A stretch of DNA of 64,000 bases from Rhizophagus irregularis (taxonomy: Eukaryota), in assembly GCF_026210795.1 (NCBI RefSeq), contig NC_089429.1, forward strand, positions 7,006,001-7,070,000. Direction: 5' to 3'. The position numbers and the translations under genes were made by a program. This document shows, in pieces, positions 51,954 to 64,000 of this stretch. The notes under the pieces are model-generated. The model saw only the letters and a program-made list of their open reading frames with translations, had not been told where the DNA came from and searched no databases. Position 1 is the first letter of the stretch; each line of letters starts with the position of its first letter.

Positions 51954-54900
51954 TATATATAATTTTATTAATAATAATACGATAATAATAAAAGAACCAT
52001 AAAAATATTAAATAAAATAAAAAATCGATAGAAAAACAATTATAAAAAACAACAACAAATAGCTTCCAATAATTCTAAAATATCACTTTTTTGATTCAAC
52101 CATGTATTAAATAAATCATGGCACTTTAATACTGTATAAGAAGGAATTTGTGCTTAGTGAATATGGGTACGTTAAAAAAATGCGAGATTTAAAAATTCAA
52201 AATATTTGAAGATACCTTATGATCGACGAAAAATTTTTTTATCGCAACATGTTAGAATCGAAACGTTAAAACTTCATCACCCGATCAAGAGATTTGGGAG
52301 CTATGTATTTTTAGATACAATGAGTTTATAAGTGGAATATTTATCATTAAAGAATGTTTAAAGACAGTATTAAATATTAATCAAATAAAAAAAATGTGTT
52401 CATTTTTTTAAAAAAAGTTATAATATTTTCTTTTCTTCTTATGATTTATCATGTTTTGTCTAAATTTATACTGTGAAATCGTTCCTATTTGTCGGTAATT
52501 CAACATGATGGGTAAATTTAAAAATAGAAATATGCTGAATAATTCATATAGTAAAACTTAAACATAAATATTTATTATGCAGCCTATTAGAAGGTTGGAT
52601 TAAAATATTGGTTAATTATTTAAAAAACTAAAACATTTATATATAAAAAACTGTTAAAATTAGACATGATCTTGAGCGGCATGCATAATAATACCGACAG
52701 TTATTAAATGGGAGGGTAACATAAACAGTCAATAGTGGGACAATGGATTATTGACCGATATTTTTACTCTCCCATCCAATTCGTTGATATGACGTTCGTT
52801 TCTAGTATAATTGGTTACATTCAGAATAATCTCTTTAATAGTGACTCATCGGGAATCGAAATTCTTTATTATTTTCTCAATGAATTAACTTAATTTGGTA
52901 TTTCCGTCGTTGCCGTTTTCTCCTTTCTAATAATTATATGATATCTTTGTATTGTACATATCAGATTATCTCATTGTCTCTTGTTAATTGATACAGTATA
53001 TGAGTTATGAGTATGCATGAAACTGATATAATCTACTTTTGCTTATCAGGATTGTTTAAATGAAAATTTTTTTCTCAATGAATTAACTTATTTTGGTTTT
53101 CCGCTGTGAGTTCTCTTTCCCCTTTCTATTAAAACTCATTTTTTCTAGATTAATAAAGGAAAGACACGTATCAGAGTAAAAACTTTAATTAATAATTTTA
53201 ATAATAAGACTTACTTTTTACATATCTGATATGATCTTTACACATGATAAGAAAGTTAATGATCAAAAAAGTCAATTCGCGTCTAATAATTAATTATTAT
53301 ACTATATAAAAACAGGTAGGATGGCGTTTTTTTTTTATAGAGTAAAACTAATAAATGTGATTAAAATTATGTCATGCGAAAAAATGAGATTATTTTTGTG
53401 CATTTGTGACATTCCGGAGGATTTTTGTGACATGCCAGAGGGCGTTCTTTTCGTTTTTTTTTTGTTTTTTTCGTTTTATTTATTTCCGATAACTTGGAAC
53501 TTGGATTTTAATTTAATCCATTCGAACTTGAGATAGTTTAGTGTAACTTTGAATTTTATATTATATAACGTTAAAAACAAGAACAATTCGTTTAACTGAG
53601 GACGTTAGACATGTTTATGTACTGTACGTTGAAAATTTCATCAAGATTTGAATTCTATTAAAAAAATGTATATTGTAAATTATATAATACATGTAATAAT
53701 TGTAATATGTAACAATATATAATCTCTACTGTATAAATAAATACGAAAACAATACTTACATGAATGATAGAAATATTTCGGAAGACAAGATAATATATTA
53801 AAAGTATATACAGTTATTAAAACGCATGCACTTAATTATCACATCAACGTAAACAGAGTGATTAAATTTTTTTTTTTTAATATATATATAAGAGCTACTC
53901 CGTTCAATCGTTCGCACCATCATTATTCTGGGACTTTGGGATACATAAAGACGTTTCATCTTATATTCCTTCATTTTAATTGTGTATTAATAATGAAATA
54001 TCCAAATATCCTAAACCACAGGTAAAGCAAGCAATAAATAATAATGATAATAATTTACCAAGATTTCTTAAATTTTTTTTTTTTAATTTACAGACAGCCC
54101 TAAAATACTTTGTATAATATTATGCGGTTTAATGAAACATATCGTATAAATTATTCAAAGATTAATGGATCGTATTAAAGGAATATTTGGATTCGCTTTA
54201 ATACCGAGACTTGGGGTAAGTATTGATTTAATGTGATCGTAATAATTATGATATCGAAATTCTTATTTTAGCCTCGCATTTCTTTACCAGCAATACAAAC
54301 GAATAAATATTTTAATAATAAAATGAAACTATAAAAAAAAATTGTTAAAACTTCGGCGGTCGGCGTTACGGTGTACTCAATTTAATCCTTTGTCGAATAC
54401 GAATTAATACGAATTAATCGAATTTTACGAAATTTTTATGAGAATTGAGAATATTTTCGATTTCTCACTCTTTTGTTAATATTTTTTCTTTGTTATTTAA
54501 TCTAATAAAGTTATTTATCGCTATTACCAACGAATTTGAATTTGTTTTCAAAAATTTTATCTTAATGAATCATTTATGCGTTTGAATTGCGGAATTTTGA
54601 TAAAACCGAAAAAAATAAAGGTTAATCCAATTGCTATCAGTTTATATTAATACAATGATAAAAAACATATCAATAAATTCCTAATATTTATTATTGATTA
54701 TTCTGCTATCTTATAATCAATCAATCCATCATTGAAAAAAAAATGAATTTTGGTGACAAGTTTTTCAAGTGACAAGTGACTATTAAAAAACAAGGAACTA
54801 TTCGGAATTCGGAATTTAGATCCGCCCGCCCGTGCATTCGGTAGAATTTTCTTTTTTTGAATAATTAGATCCGATAATAAAAAATATCTGCTGTAACTGC

Positions 54901-57900
54901 TTAAAGTTTGAATGAATCCATTTTAGAAAGAAACCAATAATATTGTCAGTTTCATTATTCAAAAAAAAAAAATTTTTTTTAGAAATTCCTCGTGAAAACC
55001 AAGAAAGAGGGCTTATAGTGTGTAATGTTTTAAAAAAATAAATAAAATAAAATAAAATAAAATAATAAATAATTTGGTCTGGTAAACAGAATTTTTTTTT
55101 TCATTTTAATAAATAAAAGAAATTCTAGATAGAGTTTAGTACAAAAAAAACAAATAATAGCATCTGGGAAATTTATTTTGATTGTTCCAGATTTATAAAA
55201 TCATTTCCAAAAAAAATTTTTTTTTTTGTAACAATAAGAAACAATATCAATTGATCACACGATAAATATGACAAATTTCAAATTTCCAATACTATTCACA
55301 TGATTAAAAAAAAAATATTTTTTTTTTTTTTAATGAGCATATTTTGTATATTTTTGCGTTAAACTTGATCACATGAATGAATTTTGGTTTGTTGTTATTG
55401 TACGTCTAATGATTACAAAATTTAAATTTTTAAAAATTTTAAAAATTCAAACTCCAATTCAAAAAATTTTCCGCTGAAAGGATATATCCTTATTCAATAA
55501 TAATATCATAATGTAAATTTATTTGAATATGTTTTTTTCCCTTTAATACTCACAGGAATATTAATTATATTAATTTTAATCTAATGGTACAAGGAACTCT
55601 TATGCATGGATGCATCTCTATGTCCGTCTCACACAGCAACCGACCGATCTATAATCATGGAGTTTCAAATAATAAATAATAAAAGATCCTAATCTCAATA
55701 ATTTACAATATCAAATAATTTATTGTTAATATTTATATGTAAATGAGCAACAATTTTACATCGATAAAATACTATAAACAAATAGCCAAATGTCATTATT
55801 CATTCAATTGTTTACTACAAATAAAAAAAAAAGAAATGAGCGAACCTTAAATATTATTTTTGTGAATTTACAAGGAAATAAGAAAAAATATACAGATCTT
55901 TTTACGTAAAAAAGAGTCACTCACATATTAAATTGCAGAAATTTGTCCAAATATCTTTCGGTAAAAGTACATCATTAACTCTTAGAGAATCATTATTGTA
56001 GAAACTAAAATCAACAAATAGGATGAGCTCAAAATGTTCTATTAATTAATTAGAAGAAAATAACATAATGGTTGTTATATCCATACCATAAACCAGATAC
56101 ATGGTTTCATTGCTTTATGTAATTTCTTCAGTATAAACATATCATATCCATCGCAGAAAACTAAAGCATAACGCCTCCTATAGAGTATTAGGAATTCTTA
56201 CTGCCACTTTACCAGTTACGCCACCCAAGTGTTTTAGTTTGAAGAAAAATTTGCATATTTTCCAAATATGTTGCTATTGTATGCTTTTTCATAAATTAAG
56301 GCTTATCCATAATTTTTATTTATATATATATATATGCATTCTGGCTCAAATTTCATAAACAACATATCTAAAAAAAAAGAAATTACATTAGTTAAAATAG
56401 TTAAAATTATTATTATTAAACTACAAACTATTAGAAATATTTACCATTATTTCGTCTTTTTTTTTTTACCAAAAGAACTAGTGGCTAAAGATGTATATAT
56501 ATCAATAAAAAATTCTGTACAACAGTTTTAGCTCCAAATCTCCAAATTTGAAACTTGTTTTGCATGACGGATTCTATTTTAGAACTCCTTGCATATGTAA
56601 TATGTAATGTAATAGATTATCCACTAATCTAAATCTATTTGAGAATCCAATCCTTTTTTGACTATCGTCACAAGTTAAATAAAAAAAAACGTTCTAATTT
56701 ACGAACTTTTGAAAATTGACTCTCATTATTTATCAATATTAAAAAGTACAAAATTAATAATAATAATGAGGACTTATATATAAAAAACAATTAATTACTA
56801 AAATTTATGGTAATAGATATTAAGATTTTAGTTTAGAAATTATAATAAGCAGGATAACAACGAAATGGAAGCGTTTAACAGAAAAACATATAACTGCAAT
56901 ATGAAATATGGTCGTTATTCTAAAAATAAAATATTAATTGTTGGGCATCATTTTTTAAAGAAAAGATTAATGTTAGATTGTGTAAAAACAAAGAAGCTTA
57001 ACTTCAAGTACACCAAATTGTATAATATATGATACAGATTTTATAGGGTTTAAAAACATTTATTACTTGCAGTTAGAAGCACTTAGTAAAATCGCTGATG
57101 AACTATTCAAAATACTAATGAAACAATATATTGGACAAGTGATGATAACGGGAATATACTGTAATTAAATTTATATTGCAGACGCATTAAAGATTTTATA
57201 TGAAAATGATTTTACGATGAACTAGCAGCTGATGATGTTCATGAGATAGGAGTAGGATATTGACGATTAAATATCATCTCGAAGAAATTCCAAGTGTTTA
57301 CCATGCAATAACCAAAAACGTTCAAAAACGGGGATTAATGACAACAACGATTTTAAATCAGAGTCTTCCAAGAAAACGAAACATGAGCAAAAAAAGATAT
57401 TAAAATCCACGATCAATTACTCCAGAATTTAAAATAATATCTTCTGTTCATCTTATTACAAATACTCAGGGCACAAGTGGGTGATCTTAATGCTAGTGAT
57501 ACTAAAGCAACAAAATAATTGGAGTCCATTATCAAAGTAGCAACAAAAATAAGTCGATTACTGATTTTTTCCAACGATAAAGCTTCCAGTAAAGAGCATG
57601 CAAATGAGTTACAAGAAAGAAATGCTTATCTTGATGGTTGAAATCGATGATATGGATCTGTTATCATGATAAGGGTGGTATCGGACTGGAAGTAGAATAA
57701 TACTTATTGGATGAGTAGTTCGTACTTGGGTTGGAGTTGAACGTGATGAATAAGTTGGATGTTTAAGTACTCGCCTGATTATTATTCATGAGTAATTGCA
57801 TTCATCAGTACGTGTTGGTATTAAATTCTTATTAATAATTTGTGACATATTTAGGATCATATTAATAGGAAGCTTAAATCAAATAATACTAAGTTAAAAT

Positions 57901-58325
57901 TAAGAGATGCCATACCAAAATTACCAGTAAATGCTGAAAAATCTCGTACGAGCAAAGCAACATTTACTCCCACCCGTTTGGCAATTGTTATGGAGGATCA
58001 ATTCGGTTTGTTTTTCTTTTTGGTATATCTTGTACCTCCTCGCAAATTTTAAAGATCTTACCGCTTCCCGTGTAATTACTTGATACATAATCTAAGTAGG
58101 TCATACACTCGTCTTTTCTTAAATATATATATCATATTAATTTATTTATTAATATATATACTGTAGATTTATATAAGAAACAGTAGGTGATATTTATTCA
58201 TCTAATGAGTTGACGGTGGATATAAAAACTTAATCCCGTAAATTTTATCGATCATTTTTTTTTTTTAAACCGGCGGAAAAGAAGGTGAAAAAAAAAAATT
58301 TTATTTATTTTTATTTATTTTATTT

Positions 58326-58356
<31 letters not shown>

Positions 58357-59686
58357 ACAATTTTTTTTTCAAAGAAAAGTTTTAAGTACTACCGGACTAA
58401 GGAAAAATAGAATCGGAATAAGTAGGGGGAAGTTAGTAGGACATTTACTACCGTTTCTCTAACCGTAGATACCTCCTACTGAACACCTTGAAAGGTACAA
58501 GTTAAAAGCAACATTGCTTGGAGGACTTGGATGTTGCAATAGAAGATTTTGTAGGAATTTTATTTAAAGAGACGTTTTAACTAACATTTCATTTTTTTTT
58601 TCTTTTTGTAGAGCGTTCAATATATATTTTCTTCCAGGATTATTAAATGGTAAATTACGAAATTAATCGAAAATTTTAACACTCATGTTTCTATTTTAAG
58701 CTGAATTTGTTATTTTATTATATAGATTATTTTTTGAATTTTGATTTTTTTTTTTTACTTAAAAATGCTGATTAGGAAAAATTTTTTTAATTTAAAAATT
58801 TTTTTTTATTGAACAGCAACTTCATAAGCTCATAGTATGTACAAAGTAGAGCAGTATAGCATTACAAATTTCTATATTCAGAGTATAGTTAATTTGCAAC
58901 TATACTACTAGCTACTATACTGTATAGATTTCATCAATTATATTATACAACCTCGGAGGTTATATCATACTCAAGATCGTTTAACCAAAAACGATAGCAA
59001 TTCTATGTATAATATATTTTATTTAATCCGGTTTTCCTATTTATCGTATAAATAAAATTTTATGAAATTTTAGTTATATTTTAACATATGTTTCACGCGA
59101 TGCATTAATTATTTAAGTCGGTAAAAAATTTATCAGTTATTATCAAAAAGTAGCGGATCACGTCTTTTCATACAATAAAACAATATAATTGATATTTTTG
59201 ACGATTTGATCTAACTGTATAATATGATTAATTTGTTCCATCAATTCCATCTAGTCCTTTTTTAACTTATTCTTAAAATATTTTAAGATCTGTAACATCA
59301 TTCGAGAAATAGACCAAACGTGCTCATTTGATCAATATAAATTGGTGATTACCCAACTCTTCAATATTAATCCTAAGAAAACCTTCTTTTATATTTTCCT
59401 CCAAATATACATTTAAATTCATGAAAGAAAATTCAATACTAATCATGAGAAATGTTAATCATGTTAAAACACTATACCTCTATCTTAATAAAAAACGTTA
59501 ATATAAAATCTTTCTCCGTATCATTAGGAAAATTTAATACATATTATAAAAAAACCTAATTCACCGACTTAAATTATATTCGATTTCATTTAATAAATTT
59601 AAAAAGCCCTTCCTTCGTCTTTATAGTAAAATTTAATATCTATCGTAAAAAAACAATTCAGCACGCGCTATCTGATCCAATTAAAT

Positions 59687-60758
59687 AACTACCCCAAGAG
59701 CACCCCAAAAAAATTCGGCGTAAATCATGTGATCATCGCATATCACATGATTGAGATTAAAGAGTTACGTAATTTACATAAATTAAACTTTTATTAAAGT
59801 TTCGCTTTTCCACTTTCAATATGGATATTGTAACTACTGGTAATTTACAAAAATGTAAAAAATGTCAAAAAAATTTACCTCTAGAAGCTTTCATTAATGA
59901 AAATACTCAGCAAATTAAAACTTGTAATATATGTCGTCATAAAGCTACTTTGCAATATAAACAATCTAATCAATCTAACACAGAGGTAGGACTTTTAACT
60001 CTAGAAGAAATGTCAACAACTATTTGAAAGAATTTTAGAAATCAACACTAATGAATATTTAGAAAATGATTTAACTAGTAGAGTAGATTTTAATTGCAAT
60101 GTTTCAAAAATTTATTCGACCACGTCTTGATTTGGTAATTTATATTCTTCTTACTCGTTTAATTCCACATCATCAACAACAATATAATAAATATTTATGT
60201 GGTTGGGAAAAACTTTCATGGTGAAAAGATTTAAAAGGGAATGGAATAATTTGCAAAAAAAAGAAATTAATAATAAGTATGAAAGACAGATTACAAATCC
60301 ACGCACTTGGAAAGATCATAATAAACAGAAGTGATTTATTTTGTAGATAGGCAGTAAATTAATAAATTTATGAAATATTTTCTTTTTTAAAAGTAATAGA
60401 GTAATAAAGTTTTTCTTTAAAAGTTTCATAATAAAATACTTTGATTTTTTTGAATATCAGAATTTTTTTTATATAAATTACATAATCTCAATCATGTGAT
60501 ATGTGATGATCACATGATTTGCGCTAAGGTTGCAGGCGAAACTCCATAATAAATGCGAAACTTGGTAAAACTATATTAAAAACTTAATAATAAATTGGTA
60601 AAACCTAACTATAAAAATTATATGTAATGGCAAAACTATAATAAATTCTTATAAAAAAATTGTTGAAACTGAGGTTTAGACGTTTTGCCAAATTCAAAAA
60701 CTAGTTTAGCCCGCAACTATAATTTACGCAGAATTTTTTGGGTGCTCTTGGGGTAGTT
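59687..60758 (+). mobile_element. Internally deleted MULE-like transposon
   Basis: Long TIRs AACTACCCCAAGAGCACCC...ATCATGTGATCATCGCATATCACATGATTGAGATTA and the mirror at 60483-60758 (interrupted). Flanking duplication ATCCAATTA at 59675-59683 and 60759-60767. Remnant ORF 59821-60027 with CKKC...KTCNIC; later fragment RQITNPRTWKDH. Confidence 0.75.
60525..60721. mobile_element. hAT-like MITE nested in the right TIR of the MULE-like element
   Basis: TIR TAAGGTTGCAGGCGAAACT / AGTTTAGCCCGCAACTATA; 8-bp TSD ATTTGCGC (60517-60524) / ATTTACGC (60722-60729). Confidence 0.8.
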
Positions 60759-60970
60759 ATCCAATTACTTATTGGAGGTAAAGGAACCTTTTGATAATCT
60801 TATAAAAAGGTATGAACATCAGTAGGCAACTTACTGAAATTTGTGGCACAGTTTACGTGATCGTGTTCTTTTTTTTTATTTTTTTTTCGTTTTAGGAACA
60901 TTGTTAACGTTCCTTTTTCTTTATTTTATTGGAAACAGCTTCTTGAACTTTAATGGGCGAAATAGGGTTA

Positions 60971-61597
60971 CGGTAAATTTCGCCAAAGCCATTTCACCTA
61001 TTTCACCGAAGGGACGTTTCGCCAAAAGTGCATTTTATCAAATCCATTTCACCGGATCGTCCATTTCGTCAAATGGACATTTCGCCAAAAATGATAGCAA
61101 CAATAAAAATATTCATCGCGCAATAAAAATAAAATTAAATTAGTTTTAGATTTTTTTTTTTCAGGATATTATCACTTTAACATTCAAGTAACTGATATTA
61201 ATTGTTAAGAAATAAATAAATAACTTTATTTTCCTGAAAACATTTATTCACGAAAAGTAAAAAAAGACTATTACAGCAATATATTGTAAACAATGAGATA
61301 AATTTAATAAAAATCAGCTAATTCAAAAATTTTTCTAGAAAACATTTCTTTATGTATTTAGTATAAAAACAATAAACTAGCCAAATGGAATAAATATTTT
61401 TTCGGCGAAGTGTCCATTCGATAAAATGGATTTGGTTCGGTGAAATGGGGTTTCGATAAAATGGTATTTCGGCGAAATGTCCTTTCGGCGAAATATCCCT
61501 TCGATGAAATATCCCTTTGGCGAAATGGCTTCGGCAAAATTGGTTTCGGTGAAATGGACTTCAGCAAAAAGTCCAGATACCCTTTTTCCAGGCACCG
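60971..61597. mobile_element. TA-flanked fold-back-like element with ~15-bp subterminal repeat arrays
   Basis: TA|CGGT...ACCG|TA termini; TTTCGCCAAA/TTTCACCGAA arrays at 60978-61090 and mirrored TTCGGCGAAAT arrays at 61400-61570; AT-rich core. Confidence 0.75.
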
Positions 61598-61959
61598 TAT
61601 ATATAGTATTAACCTTACAAAAAAGTAATATCTATAGGGGGAGAGCCATTGTTGCTCCCTCCGCTTATAGCGATAAAAGAGAGTCTTCAGTAGTAAGGCT
61701 TAATATAGTCATAAAAAAAATAAACGGTATTAACTGATTAAAAAAATTTGTGATATTTTATGATACATACTAATGAGAACTAAGTATTAAGTTTCAATAT
61801 AAGAAAAAATTTCAAGTTAATATTTAATTTGCCTATACACGTAAAATTTTAATAAGAAAAAATCGGCAGCGAAATGAAGAAATAGAATCTATGATTTATA
61901 AAAAAAACTAAAAACTGTACTTTTTAAAATTTAAAAAAAAAACTATCAAAATTAAAAAA

Positions 61960-62451
61960 AGACCTTATATAAAGTTCTAATTCTTAAATATTCAATAAAA
62001 ATTTCTAATAAAGTTGTACTAAGATTTTCATCATCTAAATTCTCTTCAAATCTTCAAAATTTATTGCCATAAAATTTAAAATTGGTTTTTTTAACATAAT
62101 TTCTGATACATTTGAGATTGTTAATTCGTCTGTAAGATCCTTTGGAATAGGTTCAGGATAATATGTTTTAGAAATGTCGCTTTCATTATATTTAATGTTA
62201 TCAAGACATAAATTTAACGATTAGAAAAAGAAAACTAAGTGTGAAATAGAAATACCATTATCAATATGAGTACCAGGAGGTATAACAAAGCTTCTACTAT
62301 AAAGTTCAGTGATTTGATTATCATTTCTAAGTATAAATATTTGCCAAAACATATTATTTATACCAAAAATAGGGCTATAATAATCTTCTTCTATTTCAAG
62401 AGATTTAGGTAAATTTACTTGATAAATTAATCTTGGAGTTATTTGAGACAT
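61960..62451 (-). pseudogene. Decayed MATH-like/BTB-associated gene fragment
   Basis: MSQITP...YYSPIFGINNMFWQIFIL resembles the first strands of a MATH domain; downstream YPEPIPKDL lies in another frame; several stops. Confidence 0.35.
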
Positions 62452-63039
62452 TTTTTTTTTCTTTGGAATTTTTAGATTAATCCAAAAAGGCTCTTCATAA
62501 CAAGCATTTTGTGAAGGCCTGTCAATAGAAAAGCAATTTACTAATTTATTCCGTGTTTTATCGCTCCATGTTACTTCCGTAAATATATCAATCATATTCC
62601 AGCCTCAAAACGTGAAATTATCCAAGTTCAGTTGCTTGGTATTCACGGTTGATCTGCGGTTTTTTTTTGAACAGGACTTATTGCCAAATATTGATTTGCA
62701 GAATTTTGGGCGGAATTAAAAATGTCATGAAACTCCGCCCGCACTAATGCTGGTGCGGTGATGATCACCACACCGTGATTTTTGACATTTTCTACAAGAG
62801 AAATATGTATGCCATAACATTTATTAAATTACTTTTATCTTTCGTAATTTTGATACAAGCATTTCAGCTTCGGGTAAAATTTACCTTGGTCAATAAGTTA
62901 TAATATTTTATAAACTTAATATAAGTTCTTCTATAAATTAGCTCTAATTTCCTTGTGGGCTTATTATTAATGTGGGCTGTGTTTACCACAAAATTTTAAA
63001 AAAAATTTGGACAAATTCAATTTGAACAAACATGAGAAG

Positions 63040-63799
63040 TAGAGCTGCGACCCGTCAGAATTTCTGGATCCGGATACCCCAATCAAAAAAAGTATTACCC
63101 GACTTCATAACGGGTATTACCCATTTACCTCTTTATCAGATATGACTCGAGTAATATTCGGGTATTACCCGGATAAATATCAATTCTTTTTCACAAATCA
63201 AAGATATTTATTGAATTTAAAAAACTTTGATATTGTTTAAACTTGAAAAATAAAAAATTATCAAATAAGTGTTGTTAAAGTCGCCAGTAGTGGTCAACAC
63301 ACCACTTAATTCTGGCCGAATATAATAATTTTGGCCAGATTTACAGCTATTTGCGAAAATAACGGACCAGTCGGCCATCTAATTCATCTTTTGACTGCGT
63401 ATTCATACGCAGTCATACGCATGGTAATACCTGCCCGGACCGTCAAACTCATTTTTTTAAGTTATATCACAATAATTCTAACAGTTTACTTTGTGTTTAT
63501 GACTGCGTATGAAATTTTTAAGAATTTCATTCGGCCAAGCAAAAATCCAAATGAACCCTTAATTCTGACCGGCATTAAATTATGGCCAGAGTTAACATCT
63601 TAACTCTGGCAAATTTTAATTTCGATTGGAGTAATTGCCCCGGGTAATACTCGAGTATATGTGCATCAACACAAAAAGGATACAAAACTGGTATTACCCA
63701 TTTTTACCCATTTGCTATTCCATGACCCAGATACTCATAAATACTCGAGTATACCCGGATTGTATCCGGGTAAACGGGTAATGGGTCGCAGTTTCTTAA
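63040..63799. mobile_element. Non-autonomous hAT-like element
   Basis: TIR TAGAGCTGCGACCC / GGGTCGCAGTTTCT; near-TSD ATGAGAAG (63032-63039) / TTGAGAAG (63800-63807); TACCC/GGGTA subterminal repeats; central GGCC-palindrome-rich segment at 63290-63620. Confidence 0.8.
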
Positions 63800-64000
63800 T
63801 TGAGAAGGAATGCTGATGTGGCTTTTAAAGTGGCTTTGCACAGCAGCCTTTGTAACACTTGACTTTAATCATGCAACGATTGCAACATATGTACGTCATA
63901 AAATCTAATCTAAGGTAACGCCACATCATGTATCAAAAAAACGTCCGATATAAATTATACGTTTAAAACCTACTGTGAGAGACTTGAGAGTAAGCCTCGA

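Noticed and set aside
55850..58100. Two possible pseudogene relics (minus ~55850-56600; plus ~56865-58100)
   Set aside because: No continuous frame or diagnostic motif; a BBE-like oxidase guess for the first was too weak to support.
60841..61737. Cluster of short ORFs
   Set aside because: They arise from the ~15-bp subterminal repeat arrays of the 60971-61597 element.

Overview
Very AT-rich eukaryotic DNA with short GT-AG introns. The gene families (tyrosine-kinase-like kinase, BTB-BACK-TLDc, intronless F-box/LRR-like) suggest an arbuscular mycorrhizal fungus (Glomeromycotina, Rhizophagus-like); this is inference. Apparently intact genes: one BTB-BACK-TLDc, two F-box/LRR-like, a small secreted protein with a mature N-terminal histidine (LPMO-like), and an acidic-repeat protein. 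Several paralogs are pseudogenes. Intergenic DNA holds many small non-autonomous elements: hAT-like with 8-bp TSDs, TA-flanked MITEs, a MULE-like deletion derivative, a Helentron/HINE-like element and a two-copy SINE-like repeat, several nested. The most striking object is a 2.58-kb GC-richer insert (19980-22561, minus strand). It has a perfect 17-bp target-site duplication, a (TAAAA)n tail, structured UTRs and one ~629-codon basic ORF (one frameshift, one nonsense) with no visible RT or endonuclease. All analysis was by eye; no searches were run.
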